DNA of 64,000 nt, from positions 64,001-128,000 of the forward strand of contig CAXWPH010000011.1 of the NCBI GenBank assembly GCA_963666055.2. The letters run 5' to 3'. How positions within the stretch are numbered: position 1 is the stretch's first letter; each line of letters opens with the position of its first letter. The position numbers and the translations under genes are program-made. The notes under the pieces were generated by a model. It saw only the letters and a list, made by a program, of their open reading frames with translations, had not been told where the DNA came from and searched no databases. This document shows positions 39,634-48,861 of the stretch, one piece after another. The stretch comes from Acidobacteriota bacterium. Lineage in GTDB: Bacteria > Acidobacteriota > UBA890 > WLXD01.

Positions 39634-40127
39634 GCGTACGGATGTTCCGATGGCGGCAGACCCCAATGAGAGTGGACGCTGCACGCCACGGCTCGACGAT
39701 CCGCCTCCGCGACGGAGAGGGCGAGAGCCGCACCTGGGAAACCCGACGGCTCGGGCCTGCGGAGTTTCGCGTGCGCGAATCCACCAGCGACGGCCGGCAC
39801 CACACCGTATTCGCAGTTCGCAGCGGCCGGAACTGGTGGGTGCACCTGGACGGCCGTACCTACCATCTGAAACAAATCGCTGCCCGGGGCACCGAACGAA
39901 CAGCGGGAGAACTCACCTCGCCCATCCCGGGCACGGTGACCGAAATCCCGGTGAGCAACGGCGACACCGTCGAAGCCGGGCAAGTTGTCATGGTGATCTC
40001 GGCGATGAAGATGCAGCTGGAGATCACGGCCCCGCACGCCGGCGTAGTTCGAGGGCTCGGTCTGGCGGTTGGAGATCCGGTCGACGGGGGCCGCGAGTTG
40101 CTGATGATCGAGGCGTTCGACGGCTAG
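39630..40127 (+). CDS. Biotin carboxyl carrier protein (split C-terminal part of MCC alpha)
   Basis: SPIPG.V...GDTV.AGQ...AMKM biotinyl motif; ATGA overlap. Confidence 0.88.
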   Translation: MSVRMFRWRQTPMRVDAARHGSTIRLRDGEGESRTWETRRLGPAEFRVRESTSDGRHHTVFAVRSGRNWWVHLDGRTYHLKQIAARGTERTAGELTSPIPGTVTEIPVSNGDTVEAGQVVMVISAMKMQLEITAPHAGVVRGLGLAVGDPVDGGRELLMIEAFDG

Positions 40128-40185
40128 CAGGGGTTCGCTGCGTATTGCTGGGTCGAGATGGGGCAGGCCAGCGCCGAGGCTACCG

Positions 40186-41109
40186 CTATGCCGGCACGGG
40201 CACCCGTCGGCGCCGCGAACGCAGCGCCGCCAGCGCCCGGGATGGAAGCTCCAACCCGGTGGATTCCGCCAGGCTAGAGCTCGCCTCCACTAGCGCCGGG
40301 AGGTCGACGCCAGTCTCGATTCCAAGGCGATGCAGCATCGCCACCAAGTCCTCGGTGGCGAGGTTCCCGGAGGCACCCGCAGCGAACGGGCACCCGCCCA
40401 GGCCTCCGGCAGCGGCATCGAAAACGGTTATCCCGGCCTCGAGCCCGGTCAAGACATTCGCCAGCCCACGACCGTAGGTATCGTGCAGGTGCAACGCGAT
40501 CGTCGAAAGATCGAAATCGACCCCCAGTAGCTCGACCATGCGCCCAACCTGTCCGGGGTCGGCGATGCCAATGGTGTCGCCGATCGAGACCTCGGCGCAT
40601 CCCAACTCGAAGAGATCGGCGGTCAGTCGCACGACTGCCTCCGCCTCAACCTCTCCCTGGTAGGGGCAGCCGAAAGCCGTCGAAACGTAGCCGCGCAAGC
40701 GAACGTCACGCTCGCGCACACGCTCTGCGATGGGGCGGAAGCGCTCGATGGATTCGGCGATGGAGGCGTTGATGTTGCGGCGGTTGAAGGTCTCCGACGC
40801 GGCGGTGAATACCGCCACTTCTTCAACGCCCGCCGCCAGCGCGCGCTCGAGGCCGAAAGCGTTGGGTACCAACACCGGAAAGCGAACACCTGGAGTCCGC
40901 TTGATCCGCGCCATTACCTCGCCGGCGTCAGCTAATTGCGGCACCCACTTCGGAGACACGAAGCTCGTTGCCTCGATGGCCGGCAGCCCGGTGGCGGACA
41001 GGGCGTTGATGAACTCGACCTTGGCCTGAGTGGGAATGAAGCGGGCAAGGTTCTGGAAGCCGTCACGCGGCCCCACCTCGTACACCGTCACGCTTCGCGG
41101 CATGCTCAT
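40186..41109 (-). CDS. liuE: Hydroxymethylglutaryl-CoA lyase
   Basis: EVGPRDGFQN, TSFVSPKWVPQLAD, GDTIG, HLHDT.G, GLGGCPFA.GASGN.ATED. Confidence 0.94.
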   Translation of the reverse strand: MSMPRSVTVYEVGPRDGFQNLARFIPTQAKVEFINALSATGLPAIEATSFVSPKWVPQLADAGEVMARIKRTPGVRFPVLVPNAFGLERALAAGVEEVAVFTAASETFNRRNINASIAESIERFRPIAERVRERDVRLRGYVSTAFGCPYQGEVEAEAVVRLTADLFELGCAEVSIGDTIGIADPGQVGRMVELLGVDFDLSTIALHLHDTYGRGLANVLTGLEAGITVFDAAAGGLGGCPFAAGASGNLATEDLVAMLHRLGIETGVDLPALVEASSSLAESTGLELPSRALAALRSRRRRVPVPA

Positions 41110-41185
41110 CGTTCTGCCTGCAGCTGTCCGGTTGGCGACGGCCGCGCAGCGAGCCGTCGGCTTTCATTCCAACTGGGTTGATTAT

Positions 41186-41199
41186 TAAATAAATGTTTA
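41186..41199. promoter_or_regulatory. Candidate TetR operator TAAATAAATGTTTA
   Basis: AT-rich near-palindrome in the divergent liuE/TetR intergenic region. Confidence 0.55.
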
Positions 41200-41239
41200 G
41201 TTAGCTCAACGACACAACCGCTAGTGGTACCTTCATCCC

Positions 41240-42061
41240 ATGACTGACGATCCGATCGTGTCTCGAAAAGGCGCACGCAAGACCGGTGCGACGCGCGAAG
41301 CGCTGATGAGCGCCGCCACCGACTTGTTTGCTCAGCGCGGTTTCGAAGGTACGCGCGTCGACAAAATCGCCGAGACTGCCGGCGTTAACAAAGCGATGAT
41401 CAGCTACCACTTTGGCGGCAAGGGTGCGCTGTACAATGAGATCCTGCGCGAGACCTTCGCCGATGCGCATCGACGCTTCGCAGCGATTCGAGAGTCCGAC
41501 GCCCCAGCCGACGAACGGTTACGCGCCTTCATCGAGGCTTTTGCCGATCTGTCATTGCTGCGTCCGGCGCTGCCGGCGATGGTCCTGCGCGAGGTGATGT
41601 CCGGTGGCCTGCACATTGAGAAGGGTCTGCTTCCCAAGCTCCTCGCCATTTTCAGCCTGGTCCAGGACATCATCGATCAGGGCATCGCAGAGGGCACGTT
41701 CTCAGCTGTCAACCCCTACCTGACGCACATCAGCTTGCTCGGCAGCCTGGTGTTTTTCTTCGCCTCCATGCCCATCCGGGCCCGGCTCGAAGAGGGTCGG
41801 CTTCCGGTTGGCGTAGCGGAAGTTCGCGAGTACGTCCGCCACCTGCAGCAGGTGCTCGGCCGCGGTCTCGCCCCGACACTTGCCGAGTCCCGAACCTGCC
41901 TGAGGCCGGCCTGCCAGCTGTGGTGGAAGCGTGGCGCGCCCGGCTACGCAACCAGCGGAAACACCGAGGCTAGCAACCAGCCAAAGAACATCCCGGCGCC
42001 GATTCCGTATCCCCAGGGCCGGTTGATGCGACTGCCGACGAAAACGAAGCCGCCAATGTAG
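41240..42061 (+). CDS. TetR/AcrR family transcriptional regulator (C-terminus may be run-on)
   Basis: AATDLFAQRGFEGT..DKIA..AGVNKAMISYHFGGK; overlaps the convergent gene by 118 nt. Confidence 0.9.
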   Translation: MTDDPIVSRKGARKTGATREALMSAATDLFAQRGFEGTRVDKIAETAGVNKAMISYHFGGKGALYNEILRETFADAHRRFAAIRESDAPADERLRAFIEAFADLSLLRPALPAMVLREVMSGGLHIEKGLLPKLLAIFSLVQDIIDQGIAEGTFSAVNPYLTHISLLGSLVFFFASMPIRARLEEGRLPVGVAEVREYVRHLQQVLGRGLAPTLAESRTCLRPACQLWWKRGAPGYATSGNTEASNQPKNIPAPIPYPQGRLMRLPTKTKPPM

Positions 42062-43467
42062 AGGGGCAGGACCGGCAGCATCACGGTTACCACCCGCATG
42101 GCCGGCACCCAGGCGGCTATCAACAGCAGCCCGGCAATCAACGCTGCGATCTGCACCAGGTAGGCGGGCCAGCGGCTTCGGCTGCGCGGATCACCTTGCA
42201 CGAGCTCGGTGGCCGTGAACCACGGAATGCACGCCAGCGCGAACAGGGGAAATCGCACGAGCCGCGGCGTCACCACCCGCCAGTTGAGCCAGACGTAGTC
42301 CGAGGTCAGCCCGACAGCCAACCAGAAAAAGACGAACAAGCCGACGCCCCATAGGACGTCGCTACCCGCTGGCGGGCCAACACGGAACCCCACCGCTAGC
42401 GCCAGCGTGCCGGCGATCAGGAGCCAGAGTGCGAGGCCGCCACCAACCATCATCCCGCCCAGATTGCCGACGTCGATCAAACGCGCCAGCCCGGCAACGA
42501 GCAGGCTGGCGAGCACGGGCGCGACGGCGAGCCCCACCCACTGCATCGGACGGCGTGCGAGGTGCCGTTCGCGGTCCGCGTCGCGCTGACTTACGGGCGC
42601 CAGCGACGCAACGATGAACATCCAGCCCACCACGTGAGCTAGCCACCAGACGATGCGGTGGTCGCTGTACTCGACGCGTTCCGTCGGAGCGAATTCGAGC
42701 GCCCGGTCGAGCCATTCCACCACCCCCTGGTGACTGGCGCGCCGGAAGAGAATCGAGAGGTGCTCAGCACCAGCGATCGGCGTCAGGGCGCGTGCCCGCC
42801 CGCTGCTGAAGTCGTCGCTCGGGCCGCCGGCGCGCTGCAATAGGAACTCCGCGTTTCGGCGGGAGCGCGCCTCCCAAGTACCCGCTTGGAGCAGCAAGTT
42901 GCGCGGCGTCGAGCTGGTCACCTCGGCCAGTGCCGGCGATATGGCTACCGTGGCTCGATAGCGCTCCGGATTCCGGCGGGCGGCGGCCATTACTGCGGCA
43001 CTGCCCATCGAATGGCCCACCAATGCGACGCGCTCCGCATCGACCTCCGGTTGGGCGATAAGCACCTCGTACGCGTGATCGATGCCGTCCTGGAGCAACT
43101 CGCGATCGAAGGGCAACGCATTGCGGCCGTGACCAACGAAATCCGTCAGCACGACGGCATAACCGGCGAGCGCGAGCACGTGAGCATGAGCGAGCATCAA
43201 GCGCTCTGATGCGGCAAGACCGTGCGCAATAATGACGCCTGGAACACGCGCCGCTGACAGCTCCTCTTCGTGGTCGATCGTCTCTCCCGCATGGCTGAGG
43301 CGATGGCGCTCCAACCGAAATAGCGGGTCGGTGACCATGTAGCGCATCGGATGCCCGGCACGGGTGGACTCCCGGGTAAGCAGGCCCGAGCTCGCGTTGA
43401 CAAGCAGCACGGTGGAGGCTGCCAGCAGCAGCACGCCGATCGCCATGCGGACCGCCGGACCCGACAT
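41944..43467 (-). CDS. Alpha/beta hydrolase with C-terminal multi-TM domain
   Basis: HGL, DFVGHG, GHSMG nucleophile, AEH; seven or eight C-terminal TM helices. Confidence 0.85.
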   Translation of the reverse strand: MSGPAVRMAIGVLLLAASTVLLVNASSGLLTRESTRAGHPMRYMVTDPLFRLERHRLSHAGETIDHEEELSAARVPGVIIAHGLAASERLMLAHAHVLALAGYAVVLTDFVGHGRNALPFDRELLQDGIDHAYEVLIAQPEVDAERVALVGHSMGSAAVMAAARRNPERYRATVAISPALAEVTSSTPRNLLLQAGTWEARSRRNAEFLLQRAGGPSDDFSSGRARALTPIAGAEHLSILFRRASHQGVVEWLDRALEFAPTERVEYSDHRIVWWLAHVVGWMFIVASLAPVSQRDADRERHLARRPMQWVGLAVAPVLASLLVAGLARLIDVGNLGGMMVGGGLALWLLIAGTLALAVGFRVGPPAGSDVLWGVGLFVFFWLAVGLTSDYVWLNWRVVTPRLVRFPLFALACIPWFTATELVQGDPRSRSRWPAYLVQIAALIAGLLLIAAWVPAMRVVTVMLPVLPLYIGGFVFVGSRINRPWGYGIGAGMFFGWLLASVFPLVA

Positions 43468-43892
43468 CAGCGTCGCTCCACCGCTGGCCGATCCTTCAAC
43501 CGATAGACGAACTTCAGGCCGGACCAATCTTCATCGACCGCGCAGATCTTCACATCGACCAGCCCACCGTCGAGACCGGTGCTGCGGACATCCGCCTCGA
43601 CCAGATCTTTCGACAGCTTCGACGCCTTCTTCGGCCAGGAGATCCAAAGTGTGCCGTCGCTCGCCAGTGCTCGCTTCAGAGCCGGGAAGCGTCGCTGGAG
43701 CTGTGCATAGCTGGCGGTAAAGAAGTGCACGAAGTCCATCCTCCGCCCCAGGCGTTGCAACACGCGCAGGTCACTCGGTAGCGATCCGAGGAGCTCCCGA
43801 TAGTGGCTCGGGGCGTCAACGAACGCGACCTTCATCCCGGCCTTGATTCCGAGCTTCTTCACCAACGGTGTACCCGAATATCCGGCGCTCAA
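43467..43892 (-). CDS. DUF3052 family protein
   Basis: AGYSGTPL.KKLGIK, LWISWPKK.S, GLVDVKICAVDE.WSGLK. Confidence 0.9.
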   Translation of the reverse strand: MSAGYSGTPLVKKLGIKAGMKVAFVDAPSHYRELLGSLPSDLRVLQRLGRRMDFVHFFTASYAQLQRRFPALKRALASDGTLWISWPKKASKLSKDLVEADVRSTGLDGGLVDVKICAVDEDWSGLKFVYRLKDRPAVERR

Positions 43893-44029
43893 GCCAGCTC
43901 CTCCCTTCTACGCCGCGCGATTGCCCACCGAGCCAGCTGAGACCTCCAGTGGGTGAGGTCGGCGATGCGACCCCCGATGGAGTATCGGGCCGCTGGTGGC
44001 CGGCGAGCGGATGGCGGCTGCGCGGCGTG

Positions 44030-44151
44030 AACCTCTTAATCGCGACGTGCCTCTGACTACGCGGGTCAAACGCTCGCCAGACTTCTCTACCCGATCCGTT
44101 GCCGATCTGATCGAGTAACTCGAAGCGACCGCAGCGGTGAGGACTACTCAT
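44030..44151 (-). pseudogene. Degenerate N-terminal fragment of a Hanks Ser/Thr kinase (subdomains I-II)
   Basis: GRFELLDQIGNGSGREVWRAFDPRSQRHVAIKR, with no similarity beyond it; divergent from a PP2C gene. Confidence 0.65.
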
Positions 44152-44408
44152 CTCAGCCTGCATCCTAGCCCCTCGATCACGATTCATGCCATCCTCCCCT
44201 GCCCCGCATCGAGCCTGCCGCCACTGCTCGGCTGAGGCACGGCGTGTACCCCGGTGTCCGCCAAGGGCATGTCCAGGCGCGGCAACCTAGTGACGGCGTG
44301 TCCGACGTGCGTCGCTGGTTGCCGGCGGCCCGCCACCTCCGCTGCCGACCATCGGCCGCATCGGCTACAATCCAGCGGTCCTAGCCTACCCTGGCAACTG
44401 CGAGCACC

Positions 44409-45161
44409 ATGAATGATCCTGATGGCCCGCCGACCACACGCGTCGACGTGGGCTATCACACCCTGGTCGGACGGGTCCGCGACCACAACGAGGACACGCT
44501 CAAGGTCGACCGGGACATCGGGCTATTCGTCGTCGCCGATGGTATGGGCGGGCACAACGCCGGGGAACGCGCTAGCCAGTTGGCCGTTGAGGTGGTGCAC
44601 GGCTTCGTCGCCGACCACACCGACAAGCCGGTTGGTGCGGCGGAGCTGACTCGAGCCTTCTTGCGAGCCAATACGGTGATTTACGAGGAATCGCTCCAAC
44701 ACAGCGAGCGCAGCGGCATGGGGACGACGCTCACCGCATTGCTCGTCAACGGTACAAGCTACCGGGTGGCGCACGTCGGAGACTCCCGCGCATGGCTGGT
44801 ACGCGACGGGGTCGGGCGCCAGATCACCGACGACCATTCGGTGCTCGCCGAGCAGGTACGCCTCGGCGTGATCAGTGCGGAGGATGCCGCTCGCCACCCG
44901 ATGCGCAACGTGCTTACGCGCAGCATCGGCAACACCCCGGACGTCGAAGTAGACGTGCTCGAGGGCGAATCGCTACCCGGAGATATTTGGGTGCTCGGAA
45001 CGGACGGCATGACCCAGGTGATGGACACCGAGCGCATTGCCGAGTTCGCGACCGGCAATACCGGTGCCGATCAGACGGCGCGCGCTATCGTGGATGCCGC
45101 TTGCGCAGAGGACGGCAGCGACAACGTCACCGCGGTCGTCGTGCGCTTCCCGAACGCCTAA
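44409..45161 (+). CDS. PP2C-type Ser/Thr phosphatase (Stp1/IreP family)
   Basis: GRVRDHNED, VADGMGGH, GMGTT, HVGDSR, TDDHS, RNVLTRSIG, TDG, DNVT. Confidence 0.93.
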   Translation: MNDPDGPPTTRVDVGYHTLVGRVRDHNEDTLKVDRDIGLFVVADGMGGHNAGERASQLAVEVVHGFVADHTDKPVGAAELTRAFLRANTVIYEESLQHSERSGMGTTLTALLVNGTSYRVAHVGDSRAWLVRDGVGRQITDDHSVLAEQVRLGVISAEDAARHPMRNVLTRSIGNTPDVEVDVLEGESLPGDIWVLGTDGMTQVMDTERIAEFATGNTGADQTARAIVDAACAEDGSDNVTAVVVRFPNA

Positions 45162-45179
45162 CCGCCCGCCAAAGGTTGC

Positions 45180-46988
45180 TCATCTACCGTCGGTTGCCAC
45201 CGAAGCGGGAGTGAGCCGCACGTACCAGAGCCGGAAGGCGCCCGCGACGGCAGGTGAGTCTCCTGCTCCACCACGATCGACGGCCACGAACTCGAGATTG
45301 TTGAACCCTGACCTGACCGCCGAGGACGGGACGGCCATTTCGTAGGCACCGATGCGCTCCTCCGAGTACTGCAGTCGTAAGCGTCCGATCGGCCGGTCGT
45401 TCAGGCGTAGCTGGAGCACCTGCCGCAAAGCGCCCCCCGTGAGGAGCGGATCCATGCGGATCAGGAAATGGTAGTCACGCCCGCCGCGCATCGGCACGCG
45501 GAGGCGGGCGCGACCGCCCGTCGAGCGGCGCACCATCTGGTTGCCGAGCCACTCGCTCCGATACCAGCCCTCGGCGAACCAGATGCTATCCCGGTACCCT
45601 GCGGCGACCGACGTCGCCCGCCAACGCGACAGGTCGTCCAGATTCTCCAGCACCGGTAGCAGGTAGACGGGGACCAGCAATAGCCCCAGCACCGCGACGG
45701 TGATCGCGACCTTCGGTGCGGCGCGGGTCACCGCTATCCGCACCGGCTCGTCGTCCGAGCGGAGGGCCCATAGCCAGGCGGAGAGCTTCACTCCAGCGAA
45801 AGCCGCCGAGACGATGAGGAACGGATACGAGTGCATCGTCAAGCGCCATTCCGTGTACGCCCGCAGACTGGCGACATAGGCGAACGGCAGGATCGATGCG
45901 GCAAACACCAAAAGAACCGCCCTGCCCTGCACGCTCCATACCCATAGCACCACCCCCACGATCGACAGCAGCGACAGCACCCTCGACCCATGCGGGCTCC
46001 AGGGGTCAAGACCTTGCCACTTGTTCGCCCATGGATAGACGGTCATGCCTTGTAGCATGTCGTCGAATGTCGCCACAGGCGATTGCAAGAGTCGCTCGGC
46101 GAACCCCGCCCCAAGCCCGGTCCCGGAATCATAGAACTCGGACTGCAAGCTGAACGTATAGAAGGGATCGCCTTGCACCCACCAGCAGCTGATCAGGTAC
46201 GGACCGACCAGCAGCGCCACCATCACGACTGCCGCCACTGCCCAACCGAAAGTCTGCCGCCGGCTCGCTGCCGCTCGCGGCCATACGGCAAAAGCAATGC
46301 CTGGTAGAACGAACGATAGCGCCGTGATACGCGTCAGGCAGGCAAGCGCGCCGACGAAGCCGAGCAGGAGCGCTCGACCGTCCGACTGCCGACGCGTCAT
46401 GCACAAGCAAGCCCAGGCGAACGCCACGGTCAGCACGGTGAACAGGTCTGCCCGCCAGCCGTCGGTGCCCCACCAGATGAGATCCCGCTCCATGGCAACA
46501 AACAGCGCTGCAACCAGGCCCGTCACCGCGCCTCCGATCGCACGCCCCAGCGCGTACGTGACCAACACGATCAAGCTGGAGAAGAACGTCGACATCAGGC
46601 TGAGTGCGATGTCGTGGCCGCCGGTCAGCGCGAGGCTCACCTTGGTCAGAAACACGAAGAGCGGCTCTCTGACCTGCCCTTCGTAAAACGACCCCATCGA
46701 TCGCGCCAGCTCGACGTAGCCGAGCTGATCGCGCGTGTACGGGTAGTGTCCAATCTTGAGCGACTCGTTGAGAATCCAATCGAAGCTCGCGGGGCGTATT
46801 CGTGCAGCCAGCCCTGCGCACCATTCTTGCAGGCGCGCGGCGCCAAGTCCTGCGACGACCGCGTTGTACTTGAGATACAGCGCTTCGAAGCGCAAGAGGA
46901 AGCCAAACAGATAGATGACGCCGAGGATCGACAACTCGATCCACCAGCGTCCGCCGATGAGGTGCGACTTCGTGCCCGCAGCCGGCAA
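45180..46988 (-). CDS. GT-C membrane glycosyltransferase (GT39/ArnT-like)
   Basis: DQLGY..LA, REPLF, many TM helices, LACLTR, periplasmic C-terminal domain. Confidence 0.75.
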   Translation of the reverse strand: MPAAGTKSHLIGGRWWIELSILGVIYLFGFLLRFEALYLKYNAVVAGLGAARLQEWCAGLAARIRPASFDWILNESLKIGHYPYTRDQLGYVELARSMGSFYEGQVREPLFVFLTKVSLALTGGHDIALSLMSTFFSSLIVLVTYALGRAIGGAVTGLVAALFVAMERDLIWWGTDGWRADLFTVLTVAFAWACLCMTRRQSDGRALLLGFVGALACLTRITALSFVLPGIAFAVWPRAAASRRQTFGWAVAAVVMVALLVGPYLISCWWVQGDPFYTFSLQSEFYDSGTGLGAGFAERLLQSPVATFDDMLQGMTVYPWANKWQGLDPWSPHGSRVLSLLSIVGVVLWVWSVQGRAVLLVFAASILPFAYVASLRAYTEWRLTMHSYPFLIVSAAFAGVKLSAWLWALRSDDEPVRIAVTRAAPKVAITVAVLGLLLVPVYLLPVLENLDDLSRWRATSVAAGYRDSIWFAEGWYRSEWLGNQMVRRSTGGRARLRVPMRGGRDYHFLIRMDPLLTGGALRQVLQLRLNDRPIGRLRLQYSEERIGAYEMAVPSSAVRSGFNNLEFVAVDRGGAGDSPAVAGAFRLWYVRLTPASVATDGR

Positions 46989-46994
46989 CCGCGC

Positions 46995-48641
46995 CTACTC
47001 CGCTGGCTCGCCGTCGGCAACGCGGCACTGTGTGATGCTGTCGCGCTCGAGCCGCGCACGGATCTCCTCCGACAGCACCTCGAAGTCGACCCCCAACCTC
47101 CGCGCAGTCTCCGTCGCCATCGACGTTCCTGCCACGCCGGGTATGAATTGATACGTCGACTCGCCGCCGTCGATGTCGACCTGCAAAAAATCGAGATGGG
47201 GCAACGTGCGCTGGGCATCCAGCTGACGCGCCAGGTCGAGAAAATGAGTTGTGACGAACGCCCGCGGCGACAGCTCGCTCAACAGCTGCAGCACCATTAG
47301 CACGATCTCGGCGGCTTCCGACGGGTTGGTCCCGGAGCAGAGCTCATCGAGCAAGATCATCGATCGCGGTCGAATGTACTGAAATAGCGTGCGGATGCGT
47401 ACCAGCTCCTGACCGAGCCGTCCTTCGAGCTGGTCGGCTGAATCAGTCTGAACCACAGAAGCGAACAGGCCGCTACACATCGGCACATGTGCCTCCGCGG
47501 CGGCGACATAGAGACCCGACTGCGCCATGAGCTGCAGCAGCCCGAGGCCCTGCAGCAGTCTGGTCTTGCCGCCCGAGTTCGGCCCGGTTACTACGGTGAT
47601 TGATTCGTCGCTGTGCTGGCTGACATCGCACGGTATGGGCGCTGCATCCTGTCTGAGCAGCAGCGGATTGAACACCCTACGCAGCTTCAGCGAGCCACGG
47701 TCGACCACCGTCGGCAGGCACACATCGAGCCCCTGCTTCCGGCAGGTGTCGGCGAACGCCCGGCTCGTGAGGTAGACCTCGAGGTGTCCGACGAGCGTCA
47801 ACACGCGCGCCAGCGACGGGGCGATGCGCTGGTACACGTCGATGATCACCCGGTTGACCATCTCACGCGAGCTGAGGTTGTAGCCGCGCCAGTAAGTGCC
47901 GAACAGATCGCGCCAGCGTCGCCACGCCGATTTATAGAAGCGGTTGTCGCGAGCCTCCTCGAAGTCCTCGATCTGCAGCTTTTTGATGCGGCCATCGGCT
48001 CCGAGCTGCAAAGAAACAGTGACCGAGGCGATGCTCTCCTCGTAGACGAGCAAGTCGGTGAGGATCTTGTAGTCCCGCGTCGCCATGATACCGAGACCTG
48101 CTTCGTGAATCCGGCATAGGCCAGACGAGCTAGAGGCGAAATCGCTCACCATGAGGTTGATCACGTCGCGAGCCTGCCCCAGCACGCCAAGCCGGTAAAA
48201 CGTGTTGTCGACGGTCCGAACGGTGTGCGCTGACTTGATCAAATCGAGCAACGCGATGAGCTCGACATAGAGGCGCTCGGTACGATCCCGGACATCGGCA
48301 TCGGTTTCGAGCTCCCGCAGAATTGCCTGGCGAAAGTGCACCGTCTCGAGATCGACGGGCGGACGCGACAGGACACGATGCAGGAATTCCGGGTGGGCGC
48401 GGTAATCGCTACCACCGATCTCGATGTGCGACGAGTCCTCGACGAACTCGGTGAGAAACACGTCCTCGTCGAACATCCTCGGATCCCACGGCGACGCCTC
48501 CAACGGCGACTCACCCAAACGCTCATGGATGCGCGCCGTCTCGTTGGCACCGAGGAATGCGATCTCGAGGAGGTCTTCGAGCAGCTCGTTGTCCGGGTAC
48601 GCGTGCTCGCGGCCGTGCAGCAGATCGGGTATTGGAATCAT
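46995..48641 (-). CDS. MutS-related protein (MutS domain V ATPase, no mismatch-binding domain)
   Basis: VTGPNSGGKT, LMAQSG, EGRLGQEL, LLDELCSGT, VTTHF, PGVA..S.A. Confidence 0.87.
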   Translation of the reverse strand: MIPIPDLLHGREHAYPDNELLEDLLEIAFLGANETARIHERLGESPLEASPWDPRMFDEDVFLTEFVEDSSHIEIGGSDYRAHPEFLHRVLSRPPVDLETVHFRQAILRELETDADVRDRTERLYVELIALLDLIKSAHTVRTVDNTFYRLGVLGQARDVINLMVSDFASSSSGLCRIHEAGLGIMATRDYKILTDLLVYEESIASVTVSLQLGADGRIKKLQIEDFEEARDNRFYKSAWRRWRDLFGTYWRGYNLSSREMVNRVIIDVYQRIAPSLARVLTLVGHLEVYLTSRAFADTCRKQGLDVCLPTVVDRGSLKLRRVFNPLLLRQDAAPIPCDVSQHSDESITVVTGPNSGGKTRLLQGLGLLQLMAQSGLYVAAAEAHVPMCSGLFASVVQTDSADQLEGRLGQELVRIRTLFQYIRPRSMILLDELCSGTNPSEAAEIVLMVLQLLSELSPRAFVTTHFLDLARQLDAQRTLPHLDFLQVDIDGGESTYQFIPGVAGTSMATETARRLGVDFEVLSEEIRARLERDSITQCRVADGEPAE

Positions 48642-48794
48642 CCGCTGATGCTACAGGGTGGCGCCGCCGATCATGGCTCGTCTCGCAGGACAGCTGCCGC
48701 GCCGCGCTCGTCGGCGTCGCGCCGCCAACAACGCCATCCTCCGCGCAGAGCACCTCAGGCAACACCGTCGCTCCGTCGCGCGAGAAACAATTCC

Positions 48795-48821
48795 TTGACG
48801 AATCGAGGTAGCCTAGGCTAC
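48795..48821 (+). promoter_or_regulatory. TTGACG plus perfect 14-bp palindrome GTAGCCTAGGCTAC (operator candidate), copy 1
   Basis: Palindrome at 48808-48821, identical at 51908-51921. Confidence 0.65.
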
Positions 48822-48861
48822 ACAACGTTGACGTCTTGCCCCGAAGGAGGAGGCACCACTC

